From Gracilinanus agilis (lineage: Eukaryota), in NCBI RefSeq assembly GCF_016433145.1, contig NC_058133.1:474277074-474335353 (forward strand): DNA of 58,280 bases, in the 5' to 3' direction. Below, piece by piece: positions 13,001 through 24,500 of the stretch. The position numbers and the translations under genes were made by a program. The notes below the pieces were generated by a model. That model worked only from the letters and a program-made list of their open reading frames with translations. It was not told where the DNA came from and made no database searches. Position 1 is the stretch's first letter, and each line of letters starts with the position of its first letter.

Positions 13001-16000
13001 TCCCTTGTTTTACAGATGGAGAAACTGAGGCCCACAGAGGGGGAAGGGATTCCTGGAAGGCTCTAAGGGGACAGGAGGCTCCAGCTCTTTCTACTGTTCC
13101 CAGCTGCCTCCTTAGCCTAACAGGGCTCTGGGATAAGCTCTCAGTCTGCTCCAGAGCAACCCCCAATGCCCTCATTACAGTCACCCATTTCCTTCAAAGC
13201 TCACTCGTTATCCTGACAAGTTTAAGTGTCAACTTCAGCAGACACGCAGGTGACAGCAGGACTTGGAGTTTGTTACTTGGATAGAGAAATCCTGGAGAGC
13301 AGGGGCACCCAGGAACTAAGGACAGAGCGGGGGCACCCAGGAACTAAGGACAGAGCGGGGGCACCCAGGAACTAAGGACGGAGCGGGGGCACCCAGGAAC
13401 TAAGGACAGNCCCAGGAACTAAGGACGGAGCGGGGGCACCCAGGAACTAAGGACGGAACAGGGGCACCCAGGAACTAAGGACGAAGCTGGGGCACCCAGG
13501 AACTAAGGACAATGCAGGGGCACCCAGGAACTAAGGACAGAGCAGGGGCACCCAGGAACTAAGGACAGAGCAGGGGCACCCAGGAACTAAGGACGGAGTG
13601 GGGGCACCCAGGAACTAAGGACAAAGCCGGGGTGCCCAGGAACTAAGGACGGAGTGGGGGCACCCAGGAACTAAGGACAAAGCCGGGGTGCCCAGGAACT
13701 AAGGATCATAGAGGCAAGAGAAGCCTCGGGATTCAAGGAAGAGGCAGTCTAGATGCATCAGACTCAAACTCACATTGTGGGTGATAATCTGGGACAAGGA
13801 CAGGAAGTAGCTACCCCCATGGGCCACGGCTGGAAAGAAGGCAGAAACCACGAGGCCGGGGAGGGAATAGCAGCCAAGGTTCTGTACCTGGTGGGGGAAA
13901 TGGGAGAGGATGAGGCTGGGAAGGAGGGAGGGCCTGCTGCTCTAGCCCTCTCCACGATTTACCAGGAAAGAGAATCCCCCCTCCTGACCCTCCCACCCTG
14001 CCCAGGCCTCCACCCCCCTTCCCTTGTACCCTCCTGTCTCTCACCCTGAGGGTGGTTTTGAACTCAGGGCCAGGACTCTCGGGGAGGACCCCATATGGGT
14101 GAACCTCATATCGGTGCAGCGTGGACTCACTGCAGGGCCACAGACACGGGGAGCAAATCAGGAAGCACGAGGGGGCGAGCAGGACACAGACATAGGGAGC
14201 AGATGGTCAGCACAGAGACACTGAATCATGGGAGGCCGAGACAGGGACACAGAGATGGGGAACAACCGAGTAACACTCAGAGAAACCGGGGGGCGCAGGA
14301 CGGATGGGGGCGCAATGGGACAAACCCTTGGTGGCCGTCCCCCAGGACCTCTGGCAAAACCGGCTCTGAATGGGTGCCCTTTGGAGACTAGGGGAGGTTT
14401 TCTAAAAGGAGGAGCCCAGACAGTGGGGACGCCAGGGGGCCCGAGGGGCAGGCAGGGGGCGGCCATACCTGGAGACCAGGAGCTCCGGCTCGTAGTGGAG
14501 GTAGGCAGCGGCCTGGGCCACGTTATCCTGCAAGGTCTCGTTGGACTCCAGGCTGTTGCTGCAGAGGCGAGGGGACAAGCACTGGCTCTAACGCCTCCTT
14601 CGACCCCCTCCTCCTTCATTCTGCTCCGGCATTGCGACCCCCCCACCCCGGGGCCCAGACTCTCACCTGGACGCTGCCAGCCTCACGAGGGCTTGGCCCA
14701 GGATAGCCGAGCAGCTGAATTCAAACTCCAGGGCCAGGGTCACCTGGGGGGGAGGGGGGGGGAAGGATGCAAGCGATGGTCCGGGGCCAAATGGTCATCC
14801 TACTGCTAACTGTCGCCTCATTCCTGCACTTTCCAAGTCCAGAAGGTGGTCTAAAGCGGCACGAAGCCATGGAGATCCCCCGTGATGGAGGGTTCTGAGC
14901 TTTTTCGACATCATCCATCTCTTTGGCAGCTTGGTGAAGCCCTTCTCTGAATCATCTTTGTCTTTCTTTAAGAACCCTTTCTTTCGGGGCAGCTACGTGG
15001 CTGGGGGAGAGAGACCCTTCCTAGCTGTGTGTGGGAGATCCTGGGCAAGTCACTTCAACTCTGTGTGCCTCCACTGTAAAATGGGGGTAGCAAAAGCACC
15101 CACCTCACCGGGTTATTGTCAGAATCAAATGAGATAAGAGATCTACAGGCACAGAGCTCTCTGCCTGGCACGCAGAAGATGCTACCAAGGCCATCCATTC
15201 CCTTCTCTTGCCCCCAAGTCCAGGAGCCTCCTCTCAGCCCTCTGACTTACCTTGGCCCCAGCCTGGAAAACGGGGTGCCCCACACTACAGAGCTGGGCAT
15301 GGGAGGACGTCGCCGTACACTCCACCTTCACAGCGGCGTCCTTCTGGGGACAGAGAATGCAGGTGTCAAGGAGACTGCAGTTAAAGAGGCAAATCTCAAC
15401 TTTAAATCACTCTCCCCCCCACTCGTGCCCTGGCTCTCATTTCCTTCTCCACCCCATAAATACCAGGGATCCAGGGCACCCCAAAAGTGCACAAGCTCAT
15501 TTTTCCTTACTTCCGCCCAACCCATTTCCTCTTCTTGTTCCCCAGGGGGATAGCCAGGGGTGCCCTCCTGAAGGGCAGCTAGATGGGCCAAGTGGAATTT
15601 CCACGTCCCCAGTCTTCCCCTTTCCTTTTGGGGCTTCTTCCTCCCCTCAGCCCCATCCCAGAGCACCTGAGGTGTGAGGCTCGTCAGGTGGAGGCTTTTG
15701 GAGAAACTGAGGCTCAAGTTAGTGTTGTAGGCATTTTCCTTTCTGTTCTCAAGAGCCGCTGACACGAGCACCTTCTGCCGCCCACCTCGAACCACAAATG
15801 GCTTTTTCCTGAAGGCAGAGGGGGAGAACTAGTGAAGGAGCCCACAGAACCCCACCAGATCCCTTCATTCCATCTCCCTTTACGGACAAAGAAATGGCAC
15901 CCCGAGAAATTCAGAAGGCTTGACAATTCCTGCAACGACTGGCTACTAGTCATCCCTACCACCACCGTCACTCATATCTTTGGGAAGAGCAAGCTCTGCT

Positions 16001-16233
16001 CTGCTCCTGTCTTTGACTCTCCAGATCCTGGCCCAGAGCCTGGCCCAGAGGAGGCGTTTTAGAACGAGGCCTCCATCCCGATAGGGCGCTGGACCCGGCG
16101 TCAGGAAGCCTGCCTTCAGGCACCGGAATGCTGTGAGACCCTGGACAAGTCCTCTTATTTTGCCTAGCCTCAGTTTCCTCCTCTGTAAAAGGGGGATAAT
16201 CAAAGTACCTACCTCTCCAGATTGTGAGGAGAA

Positions 16234-16272
<39 letters not shown>

Positions 16273-19200
16273 CCTACACATACTACACACTATATTACAT
16301 ATTATACACTATAAAGAAAAAGAACACATGTTGGAAATCTTTCTCTTTTAAACCTTTACTTTCTGTCTTAGAATCACTACTGTGTATTGGTTCTAAGACA
16401 GAAGAGTAGTAAGGGCTGGGCAATGGGGGTAAAGTGACTCACCCAGGGTCACCCAGCTAGGAAGTGTCTGAGGCCAGATCAGAACCCAGGACACTCCTGC
16501 CTCCAGGCCTGGCTCTCCATCCATGGAGCCACCCAGATGCCTCCCTCCACCTCCACCTTGGGAATCTAAAGTGCCATATAATGCCCATGACTATAATTAA
16601 GTGTTTGTTGATTGGCTCTCCCCCTCCCCCAGCTCCACTCTACCCCACTTTATCCCCTTCCTGTGGCTCCTTTTGCTTATCTCACACCTGGAGCCCCTGA
16701 TGTCCATGTCCACCTGGAGGACCAGGTCAGTATTGCATTCATTATCAGGGCCGCAGTCCTTGGAGAAGGGGACCTGGGGAGAGGGGAGCAGAACAGAGAA
16801 AAGGCTGGAGGCCTTGGAGAATGGGGGGAAGGAGAGGCTGGGTGGCCCAGGTCAGGGGCTTCAAGCCCTCCCTCGTCCCTGCCCCCCAAGGGGGGCGCTG
16901 GGGCAGGCGGAAGAGCCTCAGGGTCCGGGCTGGGAGGCGTTGGGGGTGGCTCACCAGCTTTTGAAGGGAAGTGGGCGAGTCCTGGCCCAGCACAGGCCCA
17001 GGCTTTGTACTGTTATCCAGCTCGAAGGCGACGGTGAGGGCCACTGGCCGGAGGTAGTCGGATGCATCCTGCGGGTCAGGGTAAAAGGGGGTTGGGGGTC
17101 TCCTCTCAGACCTCCCACCTTGTCCTCCCCATCCGCCTCCTACAGTCGGAGTCATTTTGAAACGTTCCCCCAAAGGCTCGAGCCTCCGGCCGGCTCCTCA
17201 CCAGCACGTGGAAGTGCAGCTGCTGACAGGTGACGTTCCCCACGCTGACCCTCAGCCGCCGGGTGGGCAGCCTCTGGCCAAAGCCATCGAATGCCGCCCG
17301 GGCCCCAGTGGTCCACTCATCCAGCGAGGCAGAGACTCGGATATCTAGAGAAGAGTCAGGAAGAGCGGGGTGAGGGCCAGAGGGGCGGTGAGGACACCAA
17401 AGGGGCTCCGGACAAACCCTCGAGCCAGAGATCACTCACAGAAGCGGCGAGTCCAGCGCCCGGGCGTGTGGGAGGTCACTCGGAAGCAGAGGTCGGCGGT
17501 CAGGCAGGCGGCCTCCTGGCCGTGTCGGTGGCAATCCCGCTGGACAACGCTGACCGCCGGAGGGCTCACGGTCAGGGATGGAGCCAGGTGGATGATGGGC
17601 CGGGAGCTGGTGCAGCGGGAAGACCCCAGAGATGCAGGTGAGAAGCGTGTGCGACTGCTTCCCGCCAGCCCTGAGACTATGCCTGGATGCCCCAGCCTTC
17701 CTTTCCCCTTTGAATGTGAAGGGAAAGACTCCTCTGCCCTAGAGAAAGCTGCGGCCCCACACCTGAGCAGCACGGCGGCCCCCTGGGCCCCCACGGCCAC
17801 GTCCACCAGCTCATCCCCATCGAGGTCCAGTCGTCCATCCACGCTTCGACCAAAGTAGCTGAGTGGCTGAGACATGGAGGCAGCTGAAATGCGCTGAGAG
17901 AGGGGACCAGAGATAAGAACCTGGGCAAGGATTCAAGGATGCCGCCTCTTGGACAACACCCCCCCTGCCCAGCATCCTTCCTCCCATTAAGCACTACTAG
18001 GAATGGGGGGGGGGTCCCGAGAGCATCCCCCAGACCTTTCATAGGGTCACTCCTGTGCCTCACCAATATTCCCACCCCCTCCTCACCCTCCACCAGCTCC
18101 TGTGGTCACGGTGCCCAGTTTGGAGAAGGTAGAGCCGGATAATCTCACGGCAATGATACAAAGTCAGTGCTTACAGGGATCTGAATGGAGGGTCTGGAAG
18201 ATGAGAGTTCTAGACCTCAATCTGGCTTTAGCTAGCTGTGTGGCCTTGGTCAAGTCACTTTCCCCTCAGTTTCCTCACTTATAAAATGAGAGGATTAGAT
18301 TCAACAATCCCCAAATGTTCCTGAGCAGTGCAGGTTTGAGTATTTCTGCAACACACTCCCCACCTCTTCATGACAATGTTCCTCTGGATCCCCTAACCTG
18401 CACAGGACGGGGCCGGATGCCACCCCGGGTCCCATGATAGAGGTATAGAGCTCCTCTGTGTCCATCTTCTAGGGGCGCTCCCACAGCCACATCTGCAAAG
18501 CCGTCCTGGTTTAGGTCAGGCAGGGCACCCATCGCAAAGCCAAAACGGGAATCCTGGGGTGGCTCTGGCTGTAGCGTTCTCCAGAAGCTCAGCACAGGCT
18601 ATGAGGAAAAGATGACCTAAATGTTCCAGCACCTGGTTATGTCTCTTCTCTGCCCCCTACGAGCAGAATTAATTCTCTGCATTTCCAGTATGGCCTAACC
18701 CTACCTACCTGGCCCACTAGGTAGACGTATACTCGTCCTGTCTCTCGGTTCTGAGGTCCCAGGTACATAGGGGCAGCCACAAGCAGAACATCTGTCACCC
18801 CATCACCATCTGTGTCCAGGGGGCAGAGTTCACTGCCAAAGTAGGAGCCAATCTGGGATATGGGGAAGTGTAGCAGTGACCACAAGAGAAAAGAGTGTCC
18901 CAGTAAAACCCCAGGAGTGGGAGAGAACATGAGGTTTTCCCTCAATCCCCAAAAGGGCTTCAGTCCTGTGGCTGAAGACCTTCCCTCCCAATTTGACGGA
19001 CCTCATGCCCAGTAGATTTCATCACAGAGTTCCCTACTGAGTGTAAAGTGACTCTTGTGCCTCCCTCACACTCCTCATTCTTCTGGCTCTCTCAGCCTCC
19101 CCCTACTTCCACACCTGCTCCCCCTGAAGGCTCTGGGCAACATTCATAGCCCCATCTTTCTTGAGCTGGAAAGCGATGACTTTTCCACGATGTTTAAAAC

Positions 19201-21480
19201 GAGGGGCTCCTGAGAGAAACAATCGTCGTCCACCCAGGAGGCTCAGGGAGGAAACTGAGTAACCTAGAAGTGGGGTGATGAGGGTAAAGAAAAGAGAAGG
19301 AAGACAAGAGAGAGATCATAGAGCAGGAGACATTGGGGAATCTATAGAGGATCACACAATTTTTAATAATTTAGGGAGAGAATTCAAAAGGCAAATTGAG
19401 AGGTCTCTAATAGGTATATCCTATGAGGTAATCTGCCTAATACTCTTAAAACTCAATTTTATTTTCAGTTCCAAATTCTCTTCCTTCCTCTCCTCCCCTT
19501 CTACCATGCTAAGAAGGGAAGAAAAACAAAACCCATTACAAATACAAATCATGGAAGGCCATACAAAATAAACNNNNNNNNNNNNNNNNNNNNNNNNNNN
19601 NNNNNNNNNNNNNNNNNNNNNNNNNNNNNNNNNNNNNNNNNNNNNNNNNNNNNNNNNNNNNNNNNNNNNNNNNNNNNNNNNNNNNNNNNNNNNNNNNNNN
19701 NNNNNNNNNNNNNNNGGAAAGAGGAGAAAAGAGGAGAGAAGAGGAGAGAAGAGAAGAGAAGAGAAGAGAAGAGAAGAGAAGAGAAGAGAAGAGAAGAGAA
19801 GAGAAGAGAAGATGCTTTTAGCTGCCCTTGGAGTCCATTGCTCTCTATCCGAGGAGCCATCTAACACTCACCCAGATAAGCAGCATGATTCTGCAGTGCG
19901 GTAGGGAATTCATCCTCTAGGGCTGTCCGGGGTGGAAAGAGTCGGTGGCCCTCTTTTAGCCACAGCACTGAGCCTCCCCAGTCATAGGCCCCCACCATTC
20001 CAAAGAGGATCCCATCCTGTGGGAATGGGGAAATATTGAGGAGTCATAGGGATCACTGAGGAGGCAAAGGGATTCACAGGGAAACATTCATCTCTAAGAG
20101 GGAAAAGGTAGCTATGGGGTCCTGGGGAGTTATTACAAAGAAAAATTCTCCTAGAAAGGATAAGAGCATTGAGAGCAGGTTCTGGAAGTCAAGTTAGATA
20201 GAAAGAGACTCAGTGAGGTTAGTGGGGCTGAGGGCATCTGGGTGCAGGGCTGCAATAGCAAAAGAGAATGTCTGACCTTTAGCTGATGAGTAGAGAAGCC
20301 AATCTGAGACATCTCTAGTCCGAAGGAGCTTTCGTTCTCCCCATGGGAACCTGGGATAAGAAAGAGCATCAGGAGAATAAAATGAGACAGAGACAGGATG
20401 CAGGCCAGGATGGTTAATGCAGACCAGTTTTGAAATACTCTCAATCCCAGTCTCCTCTGTCCCCAAGATCAACTCCCATTAAACTCATCTTTTTCAATGC
20501 CTTAAAGTTAAAGGAAATCAACTTAGCATTTGGGAACTTTCTAATTAGAGCTGTCCAAAAATGGAATGGACTACTCCTTCACTAGGGAGGTGAATTCCCT
20601 CACCTTCTATCTTGGAGTCAATACTATGTATTGATTTCAAGGCAGAAGAGTGGTAAGGGTGGGCAATGGGGGTCAAGTGACTTGCCCAGGGTCACACAGC
20701 TGGGAAGTGTCTGAGGTCAGATTTGAACCTAGGACCTCCCATCTCTAGGCCTGGCTCTCAATCCACTGAGCCACCCAGCTGCCCCCAAGGTACAGGTTTT
20801 CAAAGAGGGGCTATACAGGGATGTTGGGGATGAGTCTCAGGTTCTAGAGGTGGAATCAGAAGATCCCAGAGGAAGGTATCTTTCAGCCTTTCAGATTCTC
20901 AGATTCCCCGTCCTACCCTCCAGTCCAAAGATCCGGTCCCCCAGGGCATCCACAATGTCAGTCAGTGCAGCCTCATCCGTGACATTGAAGAAGAATCTCT
21001 CATCTGGATCGCTAGCAATGGTCCTGATTTCCCGAAGGAAGGAGCTGGGATCCCGTTGCCTTCGGATGTAGTGGCCCAGGACCTGGGTAAGGTTACAGAT
21101 CTAGAAACTGGAGTTGTAATAGGATGGGGGATTGGGGGCCAGTGCAGGGAGGGTAAAGCTAGTGTTTGCAGTGGTGAGAGGTAGTTACTAGTAGCTGACA
21201 GTGTTCTCCTTTTTTCCCCCAAGTCCTCATGCCCCAATATATTTTTTCCATTCCCCAACACCTCCATCACTACCACCTCCATTTCTTACCGCAATCCCAT
21301 ATCGGGTCACTCTGCCAGCCTCACAGGCTTTGAGTGCTGCTGGAAGCTCCTCTCCATCATGAGATTCCCCATCTGTGACAACAACTAGCAACCGGGCAGC
21401 CTCTGGCCGGCCCCCTCGGGAAGGACTGAATCCTTCTGTGCTGGGATAGGAGGAAAGTTAAAGAAGAGATAAGACGCTGG

Positions 21481-21537
<57 letters not shown>

Positions 21538-24500
21538 CCCCCCCCATGGCCCAGACCAAACTAGGATAAACTGGGAGAAAGAGACAAAAATGAATGCAAC
21601 GGGGGTCAAATGGGTCTGTGAGTCAGTGCTATAACTGTGTACCAGGAGCCATGGAGGGAAACAAAGAAAATAAGACTGAGTCTCTACCTTGAAGGGAGCT
21701 AGGCTCTAGCTGAAGATACAGGAGCTGTGCCATGGTGCAGTCTTCCCTCCTCCTCACCTGTCATACCCAATGAGTTAACCAAGCTCCAGAGAAGATTTTC
21801 CCTTACCTGTATTCTCCAATCCACTCCTCCCTACTTTCTTCCCACTGTCCTATCTTGCAACAGATCCTCATTATCAACCTCCTGACACCACCTCCTGATA
21901 GGTCTTCCTACCTCTACTCTTCCCTACCTCATCAGATTAATATTCTTTATGTATAAGACTGGTCATGTCGATACACCCCAAAGATTTCACTGGCACCCGA
22001 ATGGCTGCCAAAGAAGGCCTGTTCTAACCCCCAGTAACTGTCTGCTAGTCCATCGCATAGATTGAAGTTAGTCTAATATAAGAAAGTACTGCATAATCAG
22101 TGGCAAAAGTTGTTCTCCTTACCCTGCCTATAGGCTGCTTTAGATTCTGGAGACTAGTTGAAGAGAGTTAAATCAGAAATTTGGGTGATGAACAAACTTA
22201 ATGGCAGCTCTGTTCCTTGTTTATCCATGGGGTCCCATATGAGCTAATGGCCACTTGTGTGGGAGGAGGAGCCCCTGGGCTCAGAGAAATGTACAGATAA
22301 ATGCTTTAGAGTCCATTCAAGGGCATGAGAGAGCAGGCTCCTGTCTCCACAAGTGTAGGCCCAATACATTTACAAAGCAGCAGCGGGATAAGTCAAACTG
22401 TCTTCTACCTCCTTTGCCCCCTCAACCAAGTATAATGCTAAAAGATTTCAAAGTAAAGATCTAAGAGCAGAGATAACAGATAGCAACTTGCTTCTCTATC
22501 AATGACTAACCTAGAATCCCTGGGAAATAAGGAAAATCATTGAAATATGACTGGTACAAATTAGAAATGAGATTTTTAATAGAGAAAATCCAAAGCCATA
22601 CCTGGTGCTGCCCACCCATGAGTTGAGTTGACAATGTAAGAACTCTTTCAGATAGCTAAGTAGGGGCTCAAACAAAGACCTGAGAACTTTTAGTATTCTG
22701 TCTTTGGCCTTCCTTGGTTGACTATAAAGAATATTCTTTATTAATCTTATTGAGATATGTAAGTTTTGTGCATAAGTTCTCTTTTTTCCTTTCTTAACAA
22801 GTATGCTGGTTTATGACACAAATCACACATTTACAATTGGGGGGAGGGCCTGGAGGGAGGGAGAGAATTTGAACTCAAAATTTAAAAAAAAATGAATGCT
22901 AAAAACAAAAATTTTTTTTAAATCATCTAAGCTGCTAAATGTGGGAAGCAAAATAGTTAGAACTTGATCAATTTTGCTTTTTGTTTTAATAAAAATCTTA
23001 GCAATAATATCCTATCTAGTTAGGCTCAAATTTCTTTATAAGTTCTCCATGATGGGGTTCTATGCTACCTACCTATTCAGCCCAATCATATACTACTTCC
23101 CTCCACATACTCTATGTTTCAGTCGAACTGCATCCCTAGAACACGCCGTGTACCTTCCTTTCTAAACGCTTGTGTTTGGGTTATTTCCTACATCTGGAAT
23201 GTATCCCCTACTCCATCTTCCCTACTCTGGATTCTCTTCTCTTTCAATATTCTTTTTCATGACTCTGATTAAAGGCCTTTTAAGATTGACTGGTTGGTGA
23301 TTTTATCAACTCCATGAGGTTCAATAACTATTTCTATACAGAAGATTCTCAGATTTACATACAGTATCATAGAGCAAGGGGCCTTAGAGGTTATGTCCAA
23401 TCCTCTCATTTTACAGATGAGAAAGTTTAAGTTTAAGTGACTTATCCAGATTAATGATTGTTAAATGTTCAGAGTGAGATTCAAACCCTGGTCTTTCTGA
23501 CTCCAAATTAGGAACTCTCTCCACTATGCCCTATGTAATACTAATATCTCTCCTAAGCTGAAGTCCCATATCATCAACTACTTGCTGGGCATTTCTACCT
23601 CGATGTTCCATAGGCATCTTAAACGCAAGGCATCCAAAACAGAACTCATTATCTTTCTTCCCAAACCCACCCTTCCTCCTCATTTCTCTAGGGCTCTCTC
23701 CTTCTAGTCACTCCTTCTAGTCACCTAGATACAGCTTTCCCTTATGTCTCCTGTCCAATAAATGGCCACATCATTGATTATACCTCTACAACATTTCTCC
23801 AATTAACTTCTTTGTCTTCATTCAAACAACTTCAGGGGGATCTAAGATTAAAATATAGACTCTTCTTTTTTATCTTTAAATGTGTACCTATGTTTAAATG
23901 TACAGCCTATAGACAGAGTAAATAGAATAACTTTTGGCACTGATTATTCAGTACTTTTTTATGGACTAACTTCAGTCCTTGGAATGGGCAAGTAGACAAT
24001 TACTGGGGGCTAGAAAAGGATATGTACTAGATATTCCAGTCAAATTGACCCATTTGTTCCCCATACGAAGCATCCCATTTTTTTGTCTCTGTGCCTTCAT
24101 GCAAGCTGATTGTCATGCTTGAAATGCTGTCTCTTCAATGAATACTTGAAGGCATCACACTGCATATTGTTGTTTACCCTTCTACTACATCTGTTACATA
24201 ATACGTGTATTGATTTGTCCATGGATTTCATCTTCCTCCCAGACTGTGAGATTTATGACAGCAGCAACCAGTTGATCTAGGCTTTGCTTAGGATTTTCCC
24301 TAGAAGAGTGTTCTACACATAGGAGACACTAAATATCTTTTGGTTGAATTGAAAGAATTAAACAACTGAGAAACACACTTACACAATGTATTGAAAAGTA
24401 GAAATGCTATATTACATTAGTACCAAAAGGATACAAAGGAAGGGGCTCAGGAACCAATGGTATTGGACAAGGAAAGCTTTCTGGAAGAAATTAGTTTTGA

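Noticed and set aside
13297-13705. CRISPR-like look (invariant core plus variable linker)
   Set aside because: Mammalian intron; linkers are mutual variants of one 12-13 bp sequence, not unique spacers; no cas genes.
8400-18150. Many 100-290 aa ORFs on both strands
   Set aside because: Shadow frames of ITGA10 exons or stop-poor GC-rich introns and UTR; several span N gaps; no independent protein signal.
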